Part shown: positions 49,096-61,106 of the stretch, in pieces
Layout of the letters: each line of letters opens with the position of its first letter
How positions within the stretch are numbered: the first letter of the stretch is position 1
Assembly (NCBI RefSeq): GCF_006345805.1
Contig: NC_043010.1
Span: 39,680,001-39,744,000, forward strand
DNA from: Octopus sinensis
Taxonomy: Eukaryota
Reading direction: 5' to 3'
Length of the DNA stretch: 64,000 nt
Made by a program: the position numbers and the translations under genes
Notes under the pieces: model-generated
Told to the model about the DNA's origin: nothing
The model's database searches: none
Seen by the model: the letters and a program-made list of their open reading frames with translations, nothing else

Positions 49096-49839
49096 TTTCT
49101 GGAAATACATAAACAAATACGAACATTGATATTCCCATATGCATGCCAAACCCAAGACGTTATTTGCGGGTGTAATTATCCAGCTTCCGCGCAAATGAAA
49201 TTCTTGATTTGAAATCGTTTTATTTATTTTTCTATCTAATTTGGATGGGAAAGAGCAGATATTTACGTGACTTACTGCCTTGGCTCTCTCACGACTTGTC
49301 TTCTTTGATTCCTTCTTTTCTCCTTAATTTCCTCATTCTTTCCGTTTCCGTTTTCTTTCGTCGTGAAGAGAATAGACAAGATCATGGCCCGTTCAGGTTA
49401 TCCTATGCTAAACGTATGTAATTGGTTCCTTTGCTAGGGAGCTTGATTACCTCTAGTAAAGGATGTTGGGCGTCGACGACCAGTGTTCTTCGGAAAGAAG
49501 TCTGCTAGTATACTTAGTACAAGTACGAAGTGTTAACACATTATGGGTGATGGAAAATGAATCTCGTCGAGTGCGAATAGGTATGAAGACTGAGTGTATG
49601 CTGGCCGTTACCTTAGAAAAGTAGCCCCCATGGTAGCGAGGACAGAAGCTGAATTCGCAATGAGGAAAGACAGATTGAGAAGACTAAAATTTGTAAAATT
49701 GTTGTGGATGTGTAATTTCGTGTCATTCAACTATGGGCAGGTGTGAGGTCGAAACGTGTTTTAAGCGACAAACACAGGCACACAAACATATACATACACA
49801 TAAAGCATACATACATATATAGATATACATACATACATA

Positions 49840-50010
49840 TATACGACGTGCTTCATTCAGTTTCCCTCTACCAATTCCACTCACAAGGCTTCGGTCGGCC
49901 CGAGGCTATAGTAGAATACACTTGCCCAAGGTGCCACGCAGTGGGACTTAACCCGTAACCATGTGACTGGTAACCATGCTACTTACCATACATTCACTTC
50001 TACGCCTGTG
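49840..50010 (-). mobile_element. SINE family A
   Basis: ccactcacaaggcttcggtcggcccgaggctatagtagaa..cttgcccaaggtgccacgcagtgggact..gctacttacca. Confidence 0.85.
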
Positions 50011-50329
50011 TTAATATACAGTTGAAAATTACTATATTGTGAAGTCTCCTTCGAAGAATACATTGAAAATTTCTGTTCATAGATTCGGTGGATATTTGAT
50101 ATAGGATGTTTGTTTCACATTCGTTATATATATATATATATGAGTTCGGAAATGGAAGTAATAGACAACTAAGTGCAATCTGTAGAAAGGTTTTCTTTTG
50201 GTGTAAATAAAAATATGTAGATGATTTATTTAGAGGTAGAAGAATGGAAAAATACACTTTTATGAGCGTGATGCAATTTGTTCAGTTGGATAACAATCAA
50301 ACATACTGTATATCAAAATATTGTTATGC

Positions 50330-51215
50330 ATCACAGGTTTATATCCCTATTACTCAACATAGTCACCACCTTTTTTAAAAGGAAGCGTCCTACCTACAAA
50401 TGACAGCACTAATCCCGACCCTGAAAAACTCAGCAAGCAGTAGACAGTATTCCTTGCAGCTGTTTTAACTTCATCACCGCCATAATTTTTTCCTCTCAGT
50501 ACCTCCATCATTGGACAATCGTGATGGGAATCTGAGGTTGCTGAGATTTGGTTTTACTCGGCGAATTCTTGCTTTAAGTTTTTAAAATCATTTACGGGTC
50601 TCAATGTATACATCAGATTTAACTGTTCTTCACCACGACAACAATAATACTTTGATTATCCCCCAAAACAGTAGCCATGATATTTCAGCTAACCTTCTGT
50701 CTTAATGTCATTGAACACCATTCTATTGACTGCCTTTCTGATTCTGGTTCATAACGAATCCAAATTTCATCATAATGTATGTTTTTGAAAGTTAGTTTCG
50801 TCTCTTTTACTGAGTTCAAGGTGTCCAGTCCTGTACTCATCTGGCAGTTCTCTTGGCCTCCAGCGTGCAACGGACTTTGTAAATCTATCTGTTTCAATAG
50901 TGTTGTGAGCACTAGCATGGTTAGCTCTGATGTCAGCTCATCAATGGTTACGCGCCTGTTTTTCTTTTCATTTTCTTTGCTTTGTTCGCAGTTTAGATCG
51001 GCTGCTATGAGGCATGTCTTCCAAATTTAGAATTTAGAATTATTTTGGTCAATTGAATTCTCATGTAGACGGCGGTCCCATCTTTTTTACATTGCTTTAT
51101 TTGTATAAACATTCTTCAGCCTTTTCTAAAATGTTTACCAGAGTGTCTCCCTCGGCAACAAGGAACTCACTTAGTATTCTTTGCTACTAACGGAAGTCCA
51201 ACGGAACAACCATTT
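50330..51215 (-). pseudogene. mariner transposase relic
   Basis: N-terminal EFLVAEGDTLVNI..LKNVY and catalytic-region DEIWIRYEPESERQSIEW..KVS..MATV. Decayed. Confidence 0.7.
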
Positions 51216-51879
51216 TGAATTCAGCTCATTTATTTATATATCTGGAAACAAAAATGGATAATTAAAGATCAAATGCCTTTACATCTATTCCAAACAACAC
51301 ATAATTTCTTGGTTAAGTATACCTCTTAAATTCCATTACATTTTTTACTCACTCTCGGATAAATCTTGAAGGCCTTGGAGAATATTATAGTTAATAAATA
51401 TGTGGAATATCTCCACAAAGCGGAAATTAAAAGCAAGTAACAGATGCACCACGAATCTGAAGCATATCATAGGGTTACAGTGAGGTAATGAGTAAGTTAG
51501 CGATTAGGTCGGGCAGGTTGTTTGTTTCATTGTACAAAGGGCAATAGAAGTGGTGGGGGGGAGCAATTTTGGCGATTGAGGTTATCAATGAGAGGTACTT
51601 CTTTTGAGCGTATCTTAGGATTTTTGTTGAAGTAGTAATTAATTTCAATGGAAACGAATATGAAACCAGAAGCAGTTAGATTCAGAGTTTGGTGTAACAA
51701 GTTTACATAATAAAGATTATTGATGACCGAGATGGCGGATTGAATTCATTTGGCATTATGAAAGAAATACTTCATACTCCTGGCTGGAATTCAGAGAAAG
51801 GAAATTCAGAGAAAGGAATTCGAAGGAAGGAATTCAGAGAAGATAAAAGTTACTCAGGTACAAAGGTAATTGGTAAATT

Positions 51880-52260
51880 GACTAAATAACATATTTTTCA
51901 TTATTTTTGCAATAGAAAGATAAACATACAGCATTTAAGGTAAGTATCTTACATGCCAAGATGGTTACTGATATTATATACTTAAATGTGGATGTGTATA
52001 TTTCGACATCATTTTTGTATGTAGTTAAGCATTTTCTGAGGAAACTGATGATATGTTCGATGAGCTGACGCTTGGCAACTCTTTCTAATGTACGGCGTAC
52101 CATGAGTCAAGAGAAATAATGATGAACATATAATACTTTTGCTGATTGACAGGTAATTATAAATGTTTTTCAAAGCATTGCCCCAAATGATGTTTTTCAA
52201 CATGATCGAAACTATTTGCTTTTGTGTAGGGCGACCTTTCAAATTCTGCAACGACAAAAC
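51880..52260 (-). pseudogene. CR1/L2-like RT fragment, highly decayed
   Basis: TLERVAKRQLIEHI followed by FLRKCLT resembles LERIVKRQ..EHL..QHGFLRGRSCLT. Confidence 0.4.
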
Positions 52261-53123
52261 TGGTTTCGTTGATGGACAGTACTCAGATCCTGATCTTACA
52301 TAATCTTTGTAGCTAATTAGAATTGAATAATTTCAGAGGAAAATTCGGCTTAGCGAACACTGCTGCTTACCACCAAGTTCCATGCATTTGAATAGATCTA
52401 CAATCAACAGTGAGCTAACTATGGATAACATGATTAATTTTAAAAACGAGTGTCTGTAGAACTAGATTATCTTATCACCTTCTTTATGATCGAGATCTGT
52501 AATTTTGAGACGTTTTCTCGGATGGGAATATATATGTTTCATATTTTAATCTTAGTAACATAGCAAATTGAAGTAAACTCTGGCTCTTTCACACTGCTAG
52601 GAAATTAGATCAGGCAGGTCAAAATGACTTCTCTAGTTTAAAAGGAAACGTCTTCTATGAAATGTCAACGGGAGCCTGTACTGAGTCATAGTTGCAACGC
52701 AATGCACAATAATGTATTGGTTCTTACGAGGCAGTAGTTTCAAAGATAGGAAAGTGCATCATCCGTGACATGTGTAACGTCAGTTCTAAACGATCGATCC
52801 TAAAGTAAAACAGTTGATTTCATTCGGCGAGGTAATATATTCACTCTTGAAGTTGGATTTCGCTTCGTTGACGTTACAAAGGAGTGTATTCCATTACTTC
52901 TGTCTGTTTCCGTTTTCGCTTTCCATTTTATTTTTGCCACTGGATGAAATATATATTTCAGTAACTGAACAGGCACACACACACATACACACATAGCCAC
53001 TCAAGCAAACACATCATACATGCACACACACATATACGTATTAATTAATTATTATTTATATATGTACATATCGTATGCATCAGTATGCGTGTTTATATAT
53101 ATATAATATATATATATATATAT

Positions 53124-53160
<37 letters not shown>

Positions 53161-53598
53161 ATATGTCTATATATATATATATAAGTAAATATATATCAAT
53201 ATCTACATATTTGTTTGTACGTGTTTGTGTTCTTGTGTGTGCGTGTGTATATGTATATATATATATATATGAATGTATGCACACACAGACACTCACATAG
53301 AAACATACTGACATGCACCGCATACATTTATATACATGTGAGTATGTAAACGGAACAAAATGGCGATTACATCTGGACATATGTAATTACATCGTATTAG
53401 TGTTTCCTTGACGATTATTTTAACCATATTTCGCGACCCATGCCAGGCGTCTCCTAAGTCTTCACTTCTGGAGCCCATTAATACAAGTGGTCTCTTTATA
53501 CGCTTCTCTGTCGGCACATAAGGATGCATATTTTCTTTCAAATATTGGTTATTTTACTTGCAATTTATAACATTATACTTACTAACAGAAATTCACTC

Positions 53599-54036
53599 GG
53601 TTCTTTTCGGTTTGAACGGCAGTTTTTAACGTAATTTCTAGGTAACTAAAAAAATTTAAACTTCGTATACTGGTAGAATGTGTTTATAAAACATCTTTTT
53701 CTCTTGCCTTTATTGAGAAAATTCTATATTTTTATAAGATATTTGTTGTTTATTTCTTCAATTTCTGAAATTTCAACCAATCACTGACGTCCATTGAGGT
53801 AAACAACATTCTGTGCTGTATGAATATGTCCCTCGTTTAAGAAACAGATTGGGTCTATTTACATTTGTGAAGAAAAAAAGATACATTCCCCCCTCCCCAA
53901 ACCCTAACCCTAATCCTAACTAACCTTAACCCTAAAATAGATTGAAATGCAATAGATCGATACTAGGGTCATAATTATGGGTGACAATTTCATATGACGC
54001 CGCTAGAAAAAACTGCCGTTCAAACCGAAAAGATCC
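53599..54036. mobile_element. MITE, 438 bp, with 29-bp terminal inverted repeats (TIRs), a 4-bp TSD and internal telomere-like repeats
   Basis: TIR GG(T/A)TCTTTTCGGTTTGAACGGCAGTTTTT with 1 mismatch. ACTC at 53595-53598 and 54037-54040. (CCCTAA)-like units at 53899-53935. Confidence 0.85.
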
Positions 54037-54173
54037 ACTCGCTCACATGTACAATGTAGTTTTTATATGACTATGTACAAATATAAACAAATATCACCAT
54101 GTATCTTTCTATGAATACATATACATACACATTCACATGCATAATATATACGGACCGTGGAATAGATCAATAA

Positions 54174-54174
<1 letters not shown>

Positions 54175-54250
<76 letters not shown>

Positions 54251-54305
54251 CAGATAGATCGATATATAGATAGAAAGACAGACAGACAGATACACAGACA
54301 GATAG
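54175..54305. repeat. (GATA)n microsatellite, no insertion
   Basis: Visible array. Confidence 0.95.
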
Positions 54306-56309
54306 AGGAAAATACTTCAATCTATTGTATAATCAAGCAGAACGAAATTAAGAGATCTTGGAAAAGTTTGATATACGAAGGGGTGCTTAACATTTTAGCA
54401 CCACCTCGTGTATATGCTGAACATGGAGTCTAATTTTAAAGATTTATCTTTACAGCAACTAAACCTTGTAATCACCAGTTCGTACCTTCTCTGAAACGAA
54501 TTATTTATTATAGAAGTTCTGAAACAAGGTATTGTTTATTATTATTATTATTATTACTATTATTATTATTGTTATTATCATGGTTGTTGTTGTTGTTGTT
54601 TATTTATTTATTTATTTATTTGTTTATTTATTTTGGCATTACACTGCTAATATATAACGACAACAAAATAATGGTTTTCAGAGTTTCAGATTGGGAGTTT
54701 ACACACCGAATATAAGAAAGTGAGCGTAATTGTTAATATGATAAACCTGTATTAATATCAAATCGTGCTATTTTATACTGAACAATTTATTTCACTTCAC
54801 GTTTCTTAATGAATTTATTATAGAGCAGATATTTCGGTGTAAAATTTACTGGACGCTGTATTATCATTCAACTGGTTTCCAGATTTTCTAATAGTTTCTC
54901 GAATTTCGGTCTGCCGTTAAATGTTATCGTAAGATCATATAAGGGATTTATCGTTTTTCATTTGGTGAATTCTTCTGGTGATAAATATCATTGGCAGATT
55001 TTCTCTTACAAATAATGTGTTATTTCCGTACGATACTTTTTTCCGCTATTTCACTAGAAATTGATATCTCATTCCAGATGCCACCATGTTTAATGACAAT
55101 TTAAAATTTCTTTTGCGATTTTATCCCTGCCTTTCTCTTATTCATGGAGCCGCACTCTGCCCAAATTTAAGATTTGTGAGCAGTGAAAGTAGTCAGGACA
55201 ATTGTGTGTGTGTGTGTGTGTGTGTGTTTACGTGTGTGTGTGCATGCGTGCATGCATGCGTGTGCGATAACTGAATTATTAAACCCATTCAGCAAGTTCT
55301 TATACTAAAGCATTTCGGTACTTTCCATCATGAATTTTTATTATAGTTCATAATTCCATAGATATAGCATTGAACCTAAAACTATCCAACTGCATTTATT
55401 TTATGTTTTTGTTCTACCTTTTAAGCTTGGCAGCACAATATCATTGGGATAAAATCGGTAAATATCGTCACGTTGTTTGTAGTTTTTCACAATTTTCACA
55501 GGTTTACTGTTGTGTTGTTATGAGTTGCTGTAAGACTACGTATATATCGCAATGAAAAGACAGCGAACATAATTGTATATTTATTTTGCATTCTTTATTA
55601 AAAGGAGGAACAATTCGGTATAAACATCAGTTAGTTGCTGGTGGCTATGTTGCGACGCTAGCATCGAGATTGGTGTAACAAGTTTACATAATATAAAATT
55701 ATTGATGCCCGAGATGGCGGATGAAATTCATTTGGCATTATGTAAGAAATACTTCATACTTCTGGTTGGAATTCAGAGAAAGGAAACTTATTATTGCTTC
55801 GGCCATATGAGATCGTCTCCTGCTTTCATATAGCTAGAGGTGAGAAAATATGCTTTTTTGGGGAGGCGAGCTCAAAATCTCTGCTTAGATTCTCCGCAGG
55901 GTTTGCGTCTCACTAAAGAAATGCACATGAAATTCAAGGACATTTGAGGTGGTGCTGATAGATTGACAATCAGGAAAACGCATGATGTGCACGGAATCAA
56001 TGTATGTAATCGTTGGGCTAACTGAAATATGATTAGCTTAATTCGAACTCGCTCCATAGTATTTTCTCTTTGAAAAACTAATGTCACAACCACTTCGCTT
56101 CATTTCACGTATTGAGCTACGATGCTTGGAAGCTCGTATCATAATAAATATTCTTGTAGACAGAAAAAATTCCATCTAAATCAATTTTCAACTGCCTGGC
56201 TTTCGAATGCGTCCAACATGTATGACCACTGCTTATATAAGATGCCCCGAATGTCTTAATTACAAATAAAGACAATTCAACCGGTAAATATTTGGATTAC
56301 GTAAATATC

Positions 56310-56450
56310 TTTCATGCAAAGCCAACTTTTATGAACTTCCGAATATTCATAAACCAATATGGATTAAAAAGTTAATTATAGAAGATATGGAAATATTACC
56401 AAGCCTACAAGAGTAAAATCACTCACAGCAGTTGCAGGACGGACATGATG
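56310..56450 (+). pseudogene. Possible PLE RT N-terminal fragment
   Basis: YELPNIHKP resembles the PLE FYGLPKIHK motif, followed by an AVAG-like stretch. Short and decayed. Confidence 0.35.
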
Positions 56451-56830
56451 TAAGTACATCAACTATTTTCAAACCATATAAGCATAAAAAATTGGGCAGA
56501 TGAATAACTTTTAATAAGAAGGGAAAATATAAAGAAAAATGATATCAAATTTTCTGTTCCATATGCAAACAATTGGATGCACATTTCGAAATTGTCCAAC
56601 CGCATTGAAAGACGTAATCTTAAATAATCAGCGACCAAGAGCGAATTTACATAGAAAAAATATGTAAAACGTTTATCCAAATTGAACATGATCTGCCAAA
56701 AGAAAAAACGATCTACATGTATGGGCGTGATCTTAAATGTACTTACTGAAGAATCTGAAGACTATTCAGAAGTCTTTTAATTTCTCAGTCGTACGTTAGG
56801 AGACAGAGACACACAGACACAAAACGCGCG

Positions 56831-56871
<41 letters not shown>

Positions 56872-57244
56872 TTAACAATGCCGTGTCTGATTTATGAACA
56901 TTACTAATTAGGGGTTCTTGTTTTTAAGTCAAGTGTTGAGCATCATAGCCTGTTCAAGTAGGGGGTTATTTAACGAGTTGCATCATGGTTACGGCTGTTT
57001 CTCTCAGATTCGTCCAACGACTTTGTCCAGGTGCTATTTGAATGTAATAAGGACTTATTCTTCTTTCATTTCCTCCGAAATAATATCGAATAAGTTTGGA
57101 CCGGTTGACCTGAAGGCAAAACTGTGTTGCAATGGCATTATGCGATAACGAGACCGATGATTAGAGGGCAAATGGCTTCGTAACCAATCCTTGGGTGAAT
57201 TTCGAAATTGATATCGCATCATTTGGACAGTGACACGAAAATAA

Positions 57245-57334
<90 letters not shown>

Positions 57335-57336
<2 letters not shown>

Positions 57337-57480
57337 CTGAGTTGTCTGTGTTTGGTGCGTTTACATCCCCGTAACTTCTATAGAATAAGTACTAGGCTCA
57401 GAAAGAATAAGTCCTAAGGTCGATTTGTTCGACTAAAGGCGGTGGTCCAGCATGGTGTCGAAGTCAAATGACTGGAACAA

Positions 57481-57482
<2 letters not shown>
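57335..57482 (+). mobile_element. SINE family A 3' module
   Basis: tacatccccgtaactt..atagaataagtactaggct..aataagtcct..gatttgttcgactaaaggcggtg.tccagcatgg. Confidence 0.75.
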
Positions 57483-57514
<32 letters not shown>

Positions 57515-57849
57515 TCAGTGGAATTTTCTCGACTTTACTTTGTGAGTTCAAATGCCAATAAAACGAGTACCTGCCCCTTCCCCTAAATTGCTGGCCTCGT
57601 CCCACGTCCCATAATTTGAAGCCATATATATGACCACGTGTGTGAAATTGTGTGTGTGCGTGCGTGTATATGTGTATGTGCTTGTGTGTGTGTGTGTGTG
57701 TGTGTGGAAAGCACTATCCATTAGGAGTTGGATTGCCATAGAAAATATCTACAAACCGCTTGAATTAGATTCTGGTATTAAACAATCCCCGTGTATATTC
57801 TATATTCGACTATTATTTTATTCCTTTATTTCTTTTTCAGTTAATTTAC

Positions 57850-58060
57850 CGTGGCCATGCTGTAGCATCGCCTTTAGTCGAAAATATCGACCCCAAGACT
57901 TATTTTTGTAAGCCTATTACTTATTCTATCGATCTAATTTGAGAACCGCTAACCACTCACATGGCTTTGATCGGCTCGCGGCTATAGTAGAAGACCGCTG
58001 CCCAAGGTGCCACGCAGTGGGACTTAACCTGAAACCATGCGGCTGGTAATCAAGCTACTT
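57850..58060 (-). mobile_element. SINE family A, 3' portion (split by a LINE insertion)
   Basis: 3' module plus body up to ..ccatgcggctggtaatcaagctactt. The missing 5' end is at 60620-60655. Confidence 0.85.
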
Positions 58061-60619
58061 TATTTCAAAATTGTGCTGTCAAGGCATGACATACAAGGGA
58101 CATTACAAAACATGTGGGGACACATAACAATTAAAAGTATATAAAAAATAAAATGAATGACACATGAACATGAACATGAAAAAAATAAAATCAAAATATT
58201 GAAGGTATGATAACATGAATGATATCTTGAAAATAAGAATATGAAAAGTGTGTTACTCACCCCACAGTGAGTAACACCACTAGCTACTCTGAGTCCTAAG
58301 TCCACTTTAGCCTCTAGTCCAGTCCTTCTTTTTTCCGCTTTCCCCATCGCTGAGTGACAGCAATCTCGCCTCCATGTAGACGTAACCTTTTTCACCGGGG
58401 AGGGGTCTCGTCAACTTTGTGGTGCATGTGCTTTCTTCTTTTCTTTTCCTGTGGGGAAAGGGGGTGGGTGAGTTTGGTGTCTGTATAGGGAGGGTGATTG
58501 GTCTTGGGTGGGAGGGAGTTGGTCTGGAGTACGACATCAAACTCGCTGTTCTTCCTATTCTTCCTCTTCTTCCTTTTACTCTCTGTCACTATCCACTCTT
58601 ACTCCTTGTTCCTCCCGTCTATCTGTTCTTCTTCCCTATTCTTCTCCGTCTCTACAACCGCTTCTTCTGTTATTTTTCTCTGCAGAGGGCAGTGCGCTCT
58701 AATGTGACTTTTCTGGCCACATTTTAAAGATCATGAGACTTTTACAAATTGAAACATTATTATTTTTAACATAAAAAACAAACCGAAGAATTGAACCTCT
58801 TACTTCCGCTCTTACAATTTTTGGACTTAATAGTCCATTTACAAATTGAGACGCTGAGCCTCTTACACACTTAAGGATCATAACACTGAGGCTTTTCAAC
58901 CTCATGTCATTTTCCCTCCCCACCATCGCTTGTGCCCGTATACTCCGCCATCACCCATGGCACATTTAAAAACCAAGACGGGCTCCGAGTCGGCGTCGCC
59001 CGGCCACAAGTGATATTTCTCTTTGAGTCCCTCCAGCCTACGTATCACGGCCAACGTTATAGCCTTCACAGCTATCTGCAGAAGCCATTCGAGTTCCCGT
59101 ATGAAAGCTAAAATGTTTTTCCACCTCCTTTTCTACCTCTCCACCTCTGTAGATGATCAATAATTTGTCTTCCTCTGGGGTTGAGGTAGTCAATTCTACC
59201 GTTGGCGGCACAGTTTTCCGTCAACTGTGTCACTTCTCCTGCCGGTAGCACAGGCCCTACCGACGAGGTCCTCGGACATTCCGGTGCTATGTTACCGACA
59301 GCCGGCAATGTCTCGATTTTCTTCTTCTTCCTCATTTTTTTCTTCTCACGTGGGGGAGTGTGCGTCTTCTCCGTCACCGGGAAATTCGCCTCCCCTCCCT
59401 CATCCCTAGGATACTTCGGGGAGCACCCATTATTGCTCCTCTTCATCCTCTGGCGGCCATTCTTTGAGGAGTCCTCCTCGGACGCTTTCTTTCCTTCTTT
59501 CCGTCTGCATCAACGGCTCCAGGACTTTTCTTTGTTCCTGAGGATAGTTTTTATTTATATGGCCAGACTCCAGGCACTGATGACACCTGGTGGGGAGCGA
59601 CCCTCGAGAATCACCGGGAAACTGCACACGACCATCCTCAAAAAATCTGGAAAATCCAGATTATCGGCTGACATGGTCAAAACTGCTTTCGACCCCACCC
59701 AATCAGCCGCAGGCAGAATTTTGACATTCAAGAGCTTGGCTCTGCTGCCATCCATGCCCCGACGGATAGTGTCTTCTTTCCATTCGGGCTCTATTCCGGG
59801 TGGCAGCCCATACACCCAGGCTCTTGTCAACTTCCTCCTGTCATATGTGGGGAGAAACAGAATTTTCTCCCCTTCCAAGAGTTGGCTCGCAAAATCTCGA
59901 GCCACTCCAGAGGTATTAAACAGCAGCCATACCGTTGCATATTTGACACCCCTTGCAACAAACTTAGTACTTGGCAGATATTCTGCCAACTCCTTTTCAA
60001 TATCCGCCTGAGAGAGCACTGTGATATGTCCTCAACACCACCGTTCTCTCATTAAAGTTTTTTTCCCCACTTGGGGACCACAGTTTGCCACTCCAGTACA
60101 GTGTTGTTTTTTTTGACATGCCTGCAAAAGATAAATAAAAATATTCAACACAAAGACCAAAATGTTAAAAAAAATGTCCAATAAAAACACCCCAAAAAAA
60201 CAGAAAGACAGAGCAGAGAAAAAGAACAAAGGAAGACATTTCAATTCACGGCAACACAATTCTGCCAATCCACAAGAATACAGGTACTCAGTTCACCGTC
60301 TCAGCACACAAAAATTCTTCCACGAATTCATAAATTTTCCAAATTTTGCTATCGATGCACGCCCACCAAAACAATTCTCGCAGCTAAGTGAGTCACACGG
60401 CGCGGCCGCAGCAGACAAATGTCTAGGACCCGGTGAAGATTACTTATTCGAGAAAAAAAACCATATAGAAAAAGAAATTCTCCGCGGAATCCCTAAAAAG
60501 ACAGTAGCCTACCTAGCAGTCGCGCCTTCAATGGTTCTTTAATTCAAGACGGCTTACAAGCACGTCTTGAGAGTGTTCACTCTCGTAAGTGACTGACAAA
60601 CTCACGCATGCGTAACCGA
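58061..60619 (-). mobile_element. Tx1/L1-like element carrying ORF1 only, with a 16-bp TSD
   Basis: Flanked by ggtaatcaagctactt (58045-58060) and ggtaagcaagcttctt (60620-60635). Has a 5' UTR of about 500 nt, ORF1 and a 3' end ..ttttgaaata(aa). No EN or RT motifs recognised. Confidence 0.8.
59108..60119 (-). pseudogene. ORF1 (gag-like, RRM-like region plus zinc knuckle), frameshifted
   Basis: MSKKTTLYWSGK..ERTVVLRT / LSQADIEKELAEYL..VWLLFNT..RAWVYGLPPGIEPEW..FPVILEGR / RCHQCLESGHINKNY (CxxCxxxGHxxxxC with the last C>Y), then a charged low-complexity tail. Confidence 0.75.
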
Positions 60620-60655
60620 GGTAAGCAAGCTTCTTACCACACAGCCACTCCTGTA
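60620..60655 (-). mobile_element. SINE family A 5' head (other half of the split SINE)
   Basis: ggtaagcaagcttcttaccacacagccactcctg is the reverse complement of the family A head. Confidence 0.85.
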
Positions 60656-61039
60656 CCTTGTCTATTAGTGTAGTATTTTTTAATATGTTGCTTAGATTTA
60701 TGTCTTTTGCATTTGCGATGACAAAATGTCACAGTATCGTTGAATTGTTGTGCACTCACATTTTAAAATTAACATGTGGCTGCTTTGACACTGTGTGAAT
60801 GTATGCGAGCGTGTGTACGTATGTGTATGCGTGTGTTTTTATGCGTGTGTTGCGGAGTTATGTGGAAATTAATGTAACAGATTTTTTCCTGAATGTGTCG
60901 GGTCATTGCGTTCATGTATCTTTGCTTATATCGGTATAGTTCTCACCTACCGAGATAGATCTATCTTCTATATTTCCCCTTCATTCTTTCTCCATTACCT
61001 CTTTCTTTCTCACTCACTCTTTCTCTCTTACTCTGTCTG

Positions 61040-61106
<67 letters not shown>

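Noticed and set aside
51715-51770. UUGAUGA-CCG..CGG-AU-GAA hammerhead-like motif in the direct repeat
   Set aside because: C3 is absent, each copy has further core defects, and there is no stem I.
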